Positions 51,473-61,797 are shown, counted from the stretch's first letter. The stretch is 64,000 bases of DNA from Nitrospirota bacterium (GCA_963845065.1 CAWJQQ010000001.1:320001-384000); one strand, 5' to 3'. Numbers and translations: made by a program. The notes: a model not told the origin generated them from the sequence alone.

Positions 51473-54400
51473 TGACAACCGACCGTCTTTTAAATCCTCT
51501 GTTCGCTCTTTCGCTTCTCCTTTTCTCCTGCCAGACACCTGGAGCAAAGGATACGTTGGCCAATCTGCGCGGCGAGCATATCGATATCAAGGAAGAGCGG
51601 ATAGAGGGCGGGCTCGACAAGGCCATGGAAGGTTACCAACGTTTCCTCGAAGAAACCCCTGGATCCTCTGCACTGAAGCCAGAGGCAATGCGCCGCCTTG
51701 CGGACCTGAAGATCGAAAAGGAATACGGCCTTCTTCCCGAGGGCGGTGCGGCAAGGCGGCAGAATCCCGGCTCCGTACCTTACTCCCCGGGAGCAGCAGG
51801 GCATCGTCATGCCCAGTCGTCAAACTCCATTGCTCCGGCTTCCGTACAAAATGAATCGCAGGCCGATTTCGAGAAAAGGGCGGGTGCACTAGAGGAAGAG
51901 GGCGAGCCCGTGTCAGAGAACCTTGAACGTCCCGGCGCCCGCGAGGCCATCGCGCTCTATCAAAGACTTCTTACCGAGTATCCCCATTACGAGCATAATG
52001 ACCAGGCGCTCTATCAGATGTCCCGGGCCTACGAGGAACTGGGCCAGCCCGATCTTGCCATGAAGGTCATGGACCGGATGGCGCGGGACTATCCCAAATG
52101 CCAATACATGGACGAGGTGCAGTTCCGGCGTGCCGAATATTTCTTTCCCCGGAAGCGCTACCTGGACGCCGAGGACGCGTACCAGAGCGTCGTCCATATG
52201 GGAGCTAAATCGTACTTTTACCAGCTTGCCCTGTACAAGCTCGGATGGACATTCTACAAGCAGGAGCTTTACGATGAAGCGCTTGACAGGTACATTGCGC
52301 TCCTCGATTACAAGGTCAAAACGGGCTATGACTTCGCACAGACCAAAGACAAGATGGAGAAAAAACGCATCGACGACACATTCAGGATCATAAGCCTTTG
52401 CTTTTCCAATTTAGGAGGACCCAAAACCGTCGCAGAATACTTTGCAAAACATGGTTCTAAAAGCTACGAGGACGGCATCTACAGTAATCTAGGGGAATTT
52501 TACTTCGAAAAGCGCCGTTATGCCGACGCAGCCGCAACCTACAACGCCTTCGTCAGCATGAATCCCTTCAACAGAAAAGCGCCTGATTTCCAGATGCGGG
52601 TGATAGATATCGATATCGCCGGAGGGTTCCCCAGCCTGGTCATCGACTCGAAAAAGGAGTTCTCCAGGGCGTACGGGCTCAAAGCCCCATACTGGAAGCA
52701 TTATAAACCGGACGCCCGTCCGGAGGTCCTTTCCTGGCTCAAGACGAACCTCACCGACCTGGCCAAGCATTACCACTCGCTTTACCAGAACAAAGAGGAG
52801 TTAAAGGACAAGGACGCAAACTATGAGGAGGCCATGCATTGGTACAGGGAATTCCTCGCCTCATTCCCGAAGGACCCGGATTCCCCGGCCATCAATTATC
52901 TTTTGGCGGACCTCCTTATGGAGAACCGCGCATTCGACCTCGCGGCAGTGGAATACGAAAAGACATCCTATGACTACCCACGCCATGAAAAATCCGCCCA
53001 GGCCGGCTACGCGGCAGTCTACGCTTACCGCCAGCAGCTGGCTAGCGCCGCCCCTGAGCAAAAGGACCAGGTAAAGCGTAAGGCCGTAGCGATCTCGCTC
53101 AAGTTTGCCGCAACCTATCCAGAGCACGAGAAGGCAGCTATCGTCCTCGGGGCCGCCGCGGATGACCTGTACGGAATGCGGGACTTCGAGCAAGCTGAAG
53201 CCTCTGCGCGCAAACTCATCCTTTCCTACCCCAAGGCTGATGCCGATATCGTTAGGGAGGCCTATGTCGTGGTTGGCCACTCAACCTACGAGCTTCACCG
53301 CTACGCTGAAGCCGAGGCCGCATACGTGAAGGTGCTTTCTCTCCTCCCTGCCGGAGATAAAAGCAGGGACGGCATAAGCGACAACCTCGCCGCGGCGATC
53401 TACAAGCAGGGCGAGCAGGCGAGCGCTGTCAAGGATTACCGGGCAGCGGCGGACAATTTCCTGCGGGTGGGGCGTATGGCGCCCGCCTCCAGGATCAGGG
53501 TCAACGCCGAGTACGACGCGGCGGCCGCCCTGATCTTGCTCAAGGACTGGAAAACGGCGGCATCGGTCCTCTCCGGGTTCCGCGAGAAATTCCCTGGGAG
53601 CGACCTCTTGCCCGAGGTGACGAAGAAGATCGCCTACGTCTACCGCGAGGACGGGAAGCTTAGTCTTGCGGCCGGCGAATATGAACGCATCGAGGGAGAG
53701 TCAAAGGATGATGAAATAAGGCGCGAGTCTCTTCTCACCGCAGCGGAACTATACGATAAGGCCGGCAACCGGGACCGCATGCTTTCGGCATACCGGCGCT
53801 ATGTGGACCATTTCCCGCATCCCGCTGAACCCAACATGGAAACGCACACCAAGATCGCCGATATTTTGAAGAAGAACGATTTCAACGGTTATCTCGCCGA
53901 GCTCAAAGAGATGGTGGCCATTGACGCTGGAGCCGGGGCAGAGCGTACGCCCCGTACCCGTTATCTAGCCGGCACGGCAGCATTGGTGCTGGCAGAGCAA
54001 ACCTTCGGCCAGTTCGCAGGGATAAAACTGGTAGAGCCGCTCAAGGCGAACCTTGAGAAAAAGAAAGAATTGATGAAGGTCGCAACACAAGAGTTCAGCA
54101 AGCTCTTGGATTACGAGGTCGGCCTTGTCACCTCGGCCGCGACCTTCTATCTGGCCGAGATCTACACAGATTTTAGCCGGGACCTGAAAGAGTCCGAACG
54201 CCCCAAGGACTTGAGCCCCGCGGAGCGGGAAGAATACGAACGCGCGATCGACGACCGGGCCTACCCATTCGAGGAGAAGGCCATCGCAACGCATAAGAGC
54301 AATCTCGACCTTATTTCTCGCGGGGTTTACAACGAGTGGATCGAAAAGAGCTTGCAGAAACTTGCCAAGTTCGTTCCCGCCCGCTACGACAAGACGGAAG

Positions 54401-54675
54401 AAGAGAGCGCCGTTATGACTTCGCCGGACACCTACCTCTTCGCCGTCAAACGTCGGGAGGAGCCTGCGCCCCTGGCATCCAAAGGGGCGGCGCAGTCCAA
54501 TGAATCGAAGCTGGCACCTCCGCCGTCAGGGACTCAGGAATCTACCAAGGCGGTTGAGCCGAAGCGGGAAGCGAAACAGGCAGAATCCAAAAAAACCGTA
54601 AAGGACGTTCATCCGGCGGAAAGCGCGCAGGACAACACTGTCAAGGAAATCCCGAATGATAAGTCTCCTGATTGA
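51472..54675 (+). CDS. Large TPR lipoprotein (GltD/AgmU-like)
   Basis: Lipobox LFSC; many TPRs; C-terminal EYERAIDDRAYPFEEKAI..H..N...W. Confidence 0.8.
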   Translation: MTTDRLLNPLFALSLLLFSCQTPGAKDTLANLRGEHIDIKEERIEGGLDKAMEGYQRFLEETPGSSALKPEAMRRLADLKIEKEYGLLPEGGAARRQNPGSVPYSPGAAGHRHAQSSNSIAPASVQNESQADFEKRAGALEEEGEPVSENLERPGAREAIALYQRLLTEYPHYEHNDQALYQMSRAYEELGQPDLAMKVMDRMARDYPKCQYMDEVQFRRAEYFFPRKRYLDAEDAYQSVVHMGAKSYFYQLALYKLGWTFYKQELYDEALDRYIALLDYKVKTGYDFAQTKDKMEKKRIDDTFRIISLCFSNLGGPKTVAEYFAKHGSKSYEDGIYSNLGEFYFEKRRYADAAATYNAFVSMNPFNRKAPDFQMRVIDIDIAGGFPSLVIDSKKEFSRAYGLKAPYWKHYKPDARPEVLSWLKTNLTDLAKHYHSLYQNKEELKDKDANYEEAMHWYREFLASFPKDPDSPAINYLLADLLMENRAFDLAAVEYEKTSYDYPRHEKSAQAGYAAVYAYRQQLASAAPEQKDQVKRKAVAISLKFAATYPEHEKAAIVLGAAADDLYGMRDFEQAEASARKLILSYPKADADIVREAYVVVGHSTYELHRYAEAEAAYVKVLSLLPAGDKSRDGISDNLAAAIYKQGEQASAVKDYRAAADNFLRVGRMAPASRIRVNAEYDAAAALILLKDWKTAASVLSGFREKFPGSDLLPEVTKKIAYVYREDGKLSLAAGEYERIEGESKDDEIRRESLLTAAELYDKAGNRDRMLSAYRRYVDHFPHPAEPNMETHTKIADILKKNDFNGYLAELKEMVAIDAGAGAERTPRTRYLAGTAALVLAEQTFGQFAGIKLVEPLKANLEKKKELMKVATQEFSKLLDYEVGLVTSAATFYLAEIYTDFSRDLKESERPKDLSPAEREEYERAIDDRAYPFEEKAIATHKSNLDLISRGVYNEWIEKSLQKLAKFVPARYDKTEEESAVMTSPDTYLFAVKRREEPAPLASKGAAQSNESKLAPPPSGTQESTKAVEPKREAKQAESKKTVKDVHPAESAQDNTVKEIPNDKSPD

Positions 54676-54691
54676 GATTCAGGTTGACGGT

Positions 54692-55396
54692 ATGGAGAAC
54701 AGGACGATGAATATCAGAAATGGATTTCTTTTAAAGATGTTCAGATTACAAAGTATGTATGGAACATTGTCTCTGGCCGTGATGACCATGGTACTTGCCG
54801 GTTGCGCAGCCGGAGCAAAGGTTACGCCGAAGCCCGCCGAAGCCGCTACTTTCAAGGGGCCATCCGTGGAAAGGCTCTCTGACGGACAGCAAGGATTCGT
54901 CATCCATGAAGACCCAATCATGAACGCCGAATCCCGCGAAGAATTCGACCACGCCGTCTCGCTCTTGAACGCCGGGAAAAACGACAAGGCCATCGAACTC
55001 CTCGCCAGGATGATCGAGCGGTCGCCGGGAGTTACGACTCCGCATATCGACATTGCCATAGCCTACATGCGGACCGGGAAGACGGGGCTGGCCGAAGAGC
55101 ACTTGAAAACCGCGCTGGGCCTTTTCCCCGGCCACCCGGTTGCCAGCAATGAATACGGGCTGCTTCTCCGCAGGGCCGGGCGTTTCAAAGAGGCCATGGA
55201 AGTCTATCTGAAGGCGATCGCACGGTTTCCGGAATACCTGCCTGTCCATAAAAATCTCGGCATCCTCTGCGACCTGTATATGGATGACCCAGAATGCGCT
55301 CTTCATGAGTTTGAGACCTACGCAGCCGGCGCACCAGCGGACACGCAGGTCAAGACCTGGATCGCTGAACTTAAGATACGGCTCAAACGTAGGTGA
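54692..55396 (+). CDS. TPR lipoprotein (GltE/AglT-like)
   Basis: Lipobox LAGC; TPRs ending NLGILCDLYM..A..FE.Y; start may be 54707. Confidence 0.78.
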   Translation: MENRTMNIRNGFLLKMFRLQSMYGTLSLAVMTMVLAGCAAGAKVTPKPAEAATFKGPSVERLSDGQQGFVIHEDPIMNAESREEFDHAVSLLNAGKNDKAIELLARMIERSPGVTTPHIDIAIAYMRTGKTGLAEEHLKTALGLFPGHPVASNEYGLLLRRAGRFKEAMEVYLKAIARFPEYLPVHKNLGILCDLYMDDPECALHEFETYAAGAPADTQVKTWIAELKIRLKRR

Positions 55397-55410
55397 AAGG
55401 GAGGAGAAAC

Positions 55411-55740
55411 ATGTATCGGAACGCACTTCTTTGGTTTTTCTTGCTTCTTCTGTCGGCGGGCCTTGCCGTCGCCGGAGACAACGTACCGGCGGCCAGGGAT
55501 GCGTCAAAGTTGGCGCAGGAGAATAAGGAAGCGAAGACGGAAGGGGCCAAGGAGCTTTCCGGAATGTCCATTATTGGAAACGACGAGGCCCCTAAAGCCC
55601 TCTACATAGTGCCCTGGAAAAGCTCCGAGATGGGCGAGGGAACCGGTTTGGATATGGTGCTCGATGCTTCCGACAAACCCGTGGACCGCGACGTGTTCAA
55701 GCGTCAACTGGAGTTCTACGAACAATGCACCAAGAAATGA
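55411..55740 (+). CDS. Small secreted protein (GltF-like by size and position)
   Basis: Signal peptide, GMSIIGNDEAPKALYIVPWK; RBS ggagg. Confidence 0.6.
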   Translation: MYRNALLWFFLLLLSAGLAVAGDNVPAARDASKLAQENKEAKTEGAKELSGMSIIGNDEAPKALYIVPWKSSEMGEGTGLDMVLDASDKPVDRDVFKRQLEFYEQCTKK

Positions 55741-55776
55741 CATCGCTATTAGAACAGCGAAAAAGGAGGAAACACA

Positions 55777-56475
55777 ATGTTTATCGTAAGGTTTTTTCAG
55801 AAGGGCGGTTTGTTCATGTTCCCCATTTTATTCGTGCTGTTGGTCGGCCTGGTCATCGCGATCGAGCGCTGGATCCACCTGAAACGCGTCCGGGACGAGA
55901 ACAAAAAAACGTGGGGCAGGATCTATCCCGCGCTGGAATCGGGTGAGTTCGACAAGGCCCGGGAAATCGCCAACAAGGACAAGTCATCCATGGCGCAGAT
56001 GCTGGGTATGGGTCTGGCCAGGCAGGGCGCGGTCAAACGCCGCGAGGACATAGAGATCGCCATGGAGGAGAGCATGATGGAGATAGTCCCCCAACTGGAG
56101 AAGCGCACGCCGTATCTCGCGCTCTTGTCCAACATCGCGACCCTGTTCGGGCTCCTGGGCACGATCATGGGCCTCATCATGGCCTTCGCCGCAGTGGCTA
56201 CCGCAAGCCCGGCAGAAAAGGCGGCACTGCTTGCCGCCAGTATTTCCGAGGCAATGAACTGCACCGCCTTCGGCCTGATGTCCGCGATCCCCCTCCTCCT
56301 GCTCCATGCGCGGCTCACGACGAGCACGGGTCAGATCGTTAACAGCCTTGAGATGGCATCGGTTAAGTCCTTGAACGCTATTTCCAGATTCACCAAGCGC
56401 CAGTTCGAAAGGGCCCCGTCATTACCGGGTGCCAATGTGACAGGAGCCGACCATGCTCAGACGATATCGGAATAA
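55777..56475 (+). CDS. MotA/TolQ/ExbB proton channel subunit (AglR-like)
   Basis: TLFGLLGTIMGLI.AF...ISEAMNCTAFGL. Confidence 0.92.
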   Translation: MFIVRFFQKGGLFMFPILFVLLVGLVIAIERWIHLKRVRDENKKTWGRIYPALESGEFDKAREIANKDKSSMAQMLGMGLARQGAVKRREDIEIAMEESMMEIVPQLEKRTPYLALLSNIATLFGLLGTIMGLIMAFAAVATASPAEKAALLAASISEAMNCTAFGLMSAIPLLLLHARLTTSTGQIVNSLEMASVKSLNAISRFTKRQFERAPSLPGANVTGADHAQTISE

Positions 56476-56968
56476 GAGGAACGCGGAAAAATCATCGGAT
56501 TTCGATACTGACATCATGCACTTGATCAACCTGACGCCGATGATGGACATCCTTACCGTCCTGGTGGTCTTTCTGCTCATCTCCGCCGTTTTTGTGAGCA
56601 TAACGATCGAGGAACTCGCCGTACCGACTGCCGCCGGCGCGGAGGCTCACAGCATGACGAATTTCGCCATCGAGGTGATCGTCCGCAGGGCGGGACTTGA
56701 GATCTCCAACGGTTCGGTGGTTTCGGACAGGATACCCAAAAAGGATGATAAGTATGATATCGGGGAGCTTTCCAAGACGCTCCTCCGTCTCAAAGCCCAG
56801 TACCCGGGAAAACTGGATGCTTCGGTCCTGATGGAACCGGACATCAACTACGACCACCTTATCGAGATCATGGACGCAGTACGGAGCACCGAAGTGCGGG
56901 CGGATGGGAGCGAAGAGGTCAAGAAAGTAGATCTCTTTCCAAAGATATCCATAGGAGATGCACCATGA
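56453..56968 (+). CDS. ExbD/TolR subunit 1 (AglQ-like)
   Basis: INLTPMMDILTVLVVFLL. Confidence 0.9.
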   Translation: MLRRYRNKRNAEKSSDFDTDIMHLINLTPMMDILTVLVVFLLISAVFVSITIEELAVPTAAGAEAHSMTNFAIEVIVRRAGLEISNGSVVSDRIPKKDDKYDIGELSKTLLRLKAQYPGKLDASVLMEPDINYDHLIEIMDAVRSTEVRADGSEEVKKVDLFPKISIGDAP

Positions 56969-57462
56969 GATATAGCAGACGAATGAAACGGATGGAGCGT
57001 AACAACAGGAAAGGTGCCATTAGAGGTCTAGGTATAAACCTGATACCGATGATGGATGTTCTTACCGTCCTGGTGTTCTTTCTGCTTTTTCACTCGTTCA
57101 ACAGTACTCTGCCGGATGCGCAGATCGTGCTGCCCGCTTCCGTTGTCGAGACCAGGCCAAGGGAAACAGTGGCGATCGTGGTCAGCCCCGAAGTAGTAAT
57201 GGTCCAGGGCGAAGCCGTGGTCAGTACCCCCAAGCTCCTTGATGACGGAATCGTGATGGTCCAGGAACTTAGGGACCGGCTGAAACAGCTTGGGAATGGC
57301 ATCATCGGTGCCGGTGCCGAGGCTGCCACCAAATCCATGGAGGTCACGCTTCTTGCCGATAAGACGATACCGTTCAAGGTGCTTAAGAAAATAATGTCAA
57401 CCTGTACGGCTTGCGGATACGGAAGGATCTCCCTTGCCGTAGCAGAAAAGGCGGAAAAATGA
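56965..57462 (+). CDS. ExbD/TolR subunit 2 (AglS-like)
   Basis: INLIPMMDVLTVLVFFLL...ADKTIPF. Confidence 0.9.
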   Translation: MRYSRRMKRMERNNRKGAIRGLGINLIPMMDVLTVLVFFLLFHSFNSTLPDAQIVLPASVVETRPRETVAIVVSPEVVMVQGEAVVSTPKLLDDGIVMVQELRDRLKQLGNGIIGAGAEAATKSMEVTLLADKTIPFKVLKKIMSTCTACGYGRISLAVAEKAEK

Positions 57463-58847
57463 CGACATCCATTTTAGAAGAGGAACTATCCCAGCTGGAT
57501 GTCCAAATCGAGAGTGCCCTTCAACGGCGCACCGCCCTGGAAGAGGAACTTCGGGTCGTGGACGCCGAGCTAGAAACATTCGCCATCGACAGGCAGCGGT
57601 TCGACGCGCTTAAGAACGTATTGAATGCTCTGGACAAGCTTGGTGAACGGAAGGCGGGCGAGCTCTTTTGGGCAGGACTCGCCGAACAGCAAAATGCCGA
57701 AGTACACATAAAGCGCGTGAGGAATCGTGTCGCTCTCTTCGAGGGCGATATAAGCGGGATCCTTGAAAAGAAGGCGATCCTCCAGGGCGAGATAAACCGG
57801 TGTCTTGATGATTTGGCCTACCTCCAGGAGGAAGTACGCGACGCATACGACCGCGACGAACGGCGTGAGGAGGAGTATTTCGTAGACCGCGAGATATCTC
57901 CCATTCCCAATCACTCGATGGCAATGCCGGGGGACGATAATTCCGAGAGCGAACGACGGTTCCGCAGGTCATTGCTTGTCGCGTTGTTATTCTATATCCT
58001 TTTCGGAGCCGCCATACGCCTATGGGTGCTGCCGACGCCGGAACGCCCCACCGTTGCCGAGGTCCCCGAACGACTGGTCTCCATGCTCCGGAGGGAGCCG
58101 CCCAAACCCGAGCCAGAGCCCGAGCGCCGCAAAGAGGAAAGGAAGCCCGAAAAAAACCAGCAAAAGGAGCCGGAGAAACAGCATGAAGAACAACCTAAGG
58201 TAGTCGCCTCGGAAACAGAGACCGCACGTAGTAAAGCGGAGAGCACGGGGGTCCTGGCCTTCAAGGAATCCTTCAAGGGCATATTGGACGAAGCTCCCGT
58301 CGCACATATCGGAACCGAGGCGCGTATTAACAACCAGGCGGTCGTGGCCGCAGGCCAGGCCCGTCCAAGCCGGTCTCTCGTTGCCATACAGTCGGCGGGT
58401 GGTTATAGCGGCGGCATCAGCAACTCCAGGATCAGCCGCAAGATAGGCAGCGGAAACTACAGCCGCATCGGCGGCGTCGGGTTCACCAGGGTGGAAAACA
58501 CGGTTGTCGGGCAGGCGGGAACTGCGAGACCGCTTTCTTCCGGGCCCGGGCCGGGCCGTACCGATGAAGAGATCCAGATCGTTTTCGACAGATACAAGGC
58601 GGCGCTCTACCGGCTCTACAACGCGAAACTCAGGATGGACCCGACGCTTCGGGGCAAGATGATCTTGAGGATCACCATCGAGCCGGGCGGTGAGGTTTCC
58701 TCTTGCACTGTGCAGTCGAACGACCTGGCTTCGCCGGAGTTGGTGGCCCAGGTTGTGGAGCGTGTCAAGAAGTTCAATTTCGGGCCGAAGGAGAAGGTCT
58801 CCAAGATCACCATTCTGTACCCGATTGATTTCCTGCCCGCAGTCTAG
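57459..58847 (+). CDS. GltG/PglI-like TonB-C protein with N-terminal coiled coil
   Basis: Coiled coil, one TM segment, Pro/Glu/Lys linker, Gly-rich region, LYRLYN..LR.DPTLRGK C-domain. Confidence 0.8.
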   Translation: MTTSILEEELSQLDVQIESALQRRTALEEELRVVDAELETFAIDRQRFDALKNVLNALDKLGERKAGELFWAGLAEQQNAEVHIKRVRNRVALFEGDISGILEKKAILQGEINRCLDDLAYLQEEVRDAYDRDERREEEYFVDREISPIPNHSMAMPGDDNSESERRFRRSLLVALLFYILFGAAIRLWVLPTPERPTVAEVPERLVSMLRREPPKPEPEPERRKEERKPEKNQQKEPEKQHEEQPKVVASETETARSKAESTGVLAFKESFKGILDEAPVAHIGTEARINNQAVVAAGQARPSRSLVAIQSAGGYSGGISNSRISRKIGSGNYSRIGGVGFTRVENTVVGQAGTARPLSSGPGPGRTDEEIQIVFDRYKAALYRLYNAKLRMDPTLRGKMILRITIEPGGEVSSCTVQSNDLASPELVAQVVERVKKFNFGPKEKVSKITILYPIDFLPAV

Positions 58848-58902
58848 CGCCTGAGGCTGGAGACTGAAGCCGGGTTCCAGGAAAGAGAAATAGACCTTTC
58901 CG

Positions 58903-59022
58903 CTATATAGGATCGACAGGACCTTTGGTTTTGAAATTGAAGCCGTGGTAGTAGAACGTGGCGGCATCGGCATAGTTTAATGCCGTCTGATGGGAGACCT
59001 TGATGTTGAAGACGGACTTGAT
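58903..59022 (-). pseudogene. Short DDE transposase remnant
   Basis: IKSVFNIKVSHQTALNYADAA HTH-like segment recalled from IS6-like transposases. Confidence 0.4.
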
Positions 59023-59317
59023 CTAAGCCTCCTTCGCTATTCCGGTAAAGAAAGCCAGAATCCACCCCAGTTTAGACCGCTGCGTCTTAAACTCGACTCT
59101 TTATTGTCTTGACCGAGGGGGTCCACTTAACGCACGAACGTACATAGGAATAATCGAAAACTTGAATATATTACGCCGAAATCATCTTCTGCAGGTGGGG
59201 TAAAAACTGAGGACACAGGATAAGGGGGGATATGGAATAGGACGTAGTGAGGGACGACATTATTAAAAGCTGTAATAAGATGCATTGCATGCATCGAAAG
59301 CCATGGGAGGATTTGCT

Positions 59318-59914
59318 ATGAACGTGATGAACAGGAAGAAGGCGTGGTATTTAATGGTTGTATTATGTATTGGGATGCTAGCTCTATGGGGGTGTCCAAA
59401 AAAGGCCGAGATTTCGTCTGTACCTGAAACACAACGGAAAGAGACGCCGGCTGCAGAAGCGACGGCTCGACCCGAGCAGAATGTGGAAGCAACGAAGTCT
59501 GAAGACGAAGGAACGAGGGAGCGGGCAGCCGCCGCTCGTGCCGGTCTTCAGCCTGTGTATTTCGATTTTGATAAGGCTTTTATCGATGCTGGAGCTGGCG
59601 ATACCATGAAGGCGAATGCGGAATGGCTCAAGGCTCACCCGCAAATAAAGGTCAGGATCGAGGGTAATTGCGATGAACGAGGGACTATTGAGTATAATCA
59701 GACTCTCGGCCAGCGTCGCGCGGCAAACGCGAAAAAATATCTTACCGATATGGGCATTCCCGAACAGCGTATTGCGATTATCAGCTACGGAAAGGAAAAG
59801 TTGAGTTGTACCGATAGTACTGAAAGCTGCTGGCAGAAGAACAGGAAAGATGACTTTACCGTTGTGTCCGAACAAATGTCTGGAATTTTCAAGTTACACT
59901 CGTCATCTGAGTGA
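59318..59914 (+). CDS. pal: Peptidoglycan-associated lipoprotein
   Basis: Lipobox LWGC; VYFDFDK, IEGNCDERGT.EYN..LGQRRA, SYGKE. Confidence 0.9.
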   Translation: MNVMNRKKAWYLMVVLCIGMLALWGCPKKAEISSVPETQRKETPAAEATARPEQNVEATKSEDEGTRERAAAARAGLQPVYFDFDKAFIDAGAGDTMKANAEWLKAHPQIKVRIEGNCDERGTIEYNQTLGQRRAANAKKYLTDMGIPEQRIAIISYGKEKLSCTDSTESCWQKNRKDDFTVVSEQMSGIFKLHSSSE

Positions 59915-59958
59915 GAAAAATTCAGCAGGGCAGAGAAACCGTCTCATATTTGTTTATC

Positions 59959-60006
59959 TTACGCGCCGTAAGACCACCCCGGCCGTGAGGCCGGGGTGGA
60001 TGTCAA
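59959..60006 (+). repeat. Isolated IS200/IS605-end-like or REP-like hairpin
   Basis: ccaccccggcc-gtga-ggccggggtgg followed by atgTCAA; TTAC 11 nt upstream. Confidence 0.5.
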
Positions 60007-60166
60007 TTAAGACGGCTCATCCGAAGACTAAAAGGATAATTTTTACAATATTAAACTATCGAGTGGTCCACCTAAAAATCAGTTGGAGCCGAATGGCCAT
60101 CATGTCCATACTATATAGGTATACGGGCCCGAAGAGCATATTCACTTTATAGTGTATTGTACATCG

Positions 60167-60685
60167 CTATTTCTCTTTCACGTAATCGGTCATCGGTTTA
60201 ATATTGCCACAATCCGAGCCCAGCCACTTGCCGCTGCCTTCCTGGTGCGAATCGATCTTATGGCCGCGCGCGGTTCCTTTCATTTCACTGACCCAACTAT
60301 AATTTTCGAGTCCAGAATGCACGCCTTTAGTCACGATAGTACCTTGCATATTTGGGCCATCACAAACCATTTTTACGGTATAGGTATTGCCACTATGTTC
60401 AAAACTATCCATATGACAATCTTTTTGACTTTTCCCCACTGGAGGACGGTCGCGTTCAGTCATTTCTTTTGTCATGCAAACCTTGGTTTCCATACCACCG
60501 CCTGGATTAATGCCCCGTTGACGCAAAATTTCCATTTGTTGCGGCGACATTTGCTGCATCTGCATCATCGCATCAGACTTAATCGTAATGAGCCACAACC
60601 CCGGCTTCATTCGCTCTGCGGCCAACACACCTGCTGCAAGAGACAACATCAAAAAAAATACAATCGGAAAAGTAATTCTGCGCAT
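60167..60685 (-). CDS. DUF3617-family secreted protein
   Basis: MKPGLW.IT...KVCMT...GKWLGSDCG. Confidence 0.88.
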   Translation of the reverse strand: MRRITFPIVFFLMLSLAAGVLAAERMKPGLWLITIKSDAMMQMQQMSPQQMEILRQRGINPGGGMETKVCMTKEMTERDRPPVGKSQKDCHMDSFEHSGNTYTVKMVCDGPNMQGTIVTKGVHSGLENYSWVSEMKGTARGHKIDSHQEGSGKWLGSDCGNIKPMTDYVKEK

Positions 60686-61416
60686 GGTCACCCCCGTTAA
60701 ATTGTCAAACGCACATAATTGTGTACACAGAGATCTCAAAGTATCAATCTGAATTATGAATCCATCCCTATGAAGTAATATTATACAACAATATAAGTCT
60801 CTGTGGAAGAGGAGAGTATAAAAGACCGGTTGAGGGGCCCGTTAAGATTTACATGCTCGCTAGTTCACATTCCCCGAGAAGACCGCAATTACTTTACAGC
60901 TACATTTTTGCGAAGATTTACATTCTAATTGCAACCGTCACGTTGGGTTGGTGCACCCGAAGTGATCAGCTTTAGGAATGTAGGCGGTATTGCAGAATCG
61001 CTGAGGGTTGATAGTGCGACTAGATCTGAAGAATCCCCTTATTGCTATCGAAGGATTTGCGAGGAGAATTAAGGAGGGCAGGGGGAATACCGATACCGCC
61101 TTTGGAAAAGGATCCAGACGAGAATGTTTAAAGTTTGAACCTGTATTCGGTATGTCTACCCTTAAAATGTCCCATTTAATTTCTTGACAAAAAGTTAAAT
61201 AAAAAATATTATTTTATCCGAATGATGTTTCTTGTATAACAAAATATTGCAGTATCTCATTGTAGCAATCCCGTCTCTACTTCACTTCAGGAATCGTTAT
61301 CGCGGATAGGTAGCGCGCTGAACGTTTTTCTCGATACTATAAAACACTTCCTCTCTCTTAGATAGTAACTTGGCATTCATTCTTTATAGCCCTTTTTTTA
61401 GAATTTATACCCATGA

Positions 61417-61623
61417 GTGTTTGATGAAAAGCGCTCTTCAAGGAGGCACATCCTGAAGAGATTGTTGAGAGCATTAGTGGTAATTCTATTGTCTGCGGCA
61501 ATGATGGCCGCTTGTGGCGGCGGAGTGGGCGTCTGGACAAATTCAAACCCCGCATATACCGTAACCTCTAACAGTAACGGCAACACCAGTGACAACACGG
61601 CAAGGCGGGTGGGATCAGGCTAA
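61417..61623 (+). pseudogene. Truncated paralogue of the downstream lipoprotein N-terminus
   Basis: KRLL...AACGGG...YTVT.N.NGNT then stop. Confidence 0.5.
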
Positions 61624-61797
61624 AGTCAGATTACCGAATGTGGATTAAAAGCTTTTTTAGTCTGTGCAATCGTATTTTGAATCCGTATAATTGCGCTTGT
61701 CCCCCTGGCCGCAAGCCCGGATGGCGAGATGTCCAGCGGTATGGTTTGGGCAAGGGGAGTGAAGGACGGGTAATTCAAAACCCACTGGAGGTTTAAC

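Noticed and set aside
35868..58973. Many short antisense or overlapping ORFs in the GC-rich block
   Set aside because: Shadows of long GC-rich genes with no recognisable motifs
59318..59914. pal as part of the Agl-Glt-like operon or a canonical tol-pal locus
   Set aside because: Separated by ~470 bp including a putative transposase remnant, lower GC, and no tolB
61020..61080. DLKNPLIAIEGFARRIKE, HisKA-like peptide
   Set aside because: Too short, lacks the His and has no ORF; at most an old kinase remnant
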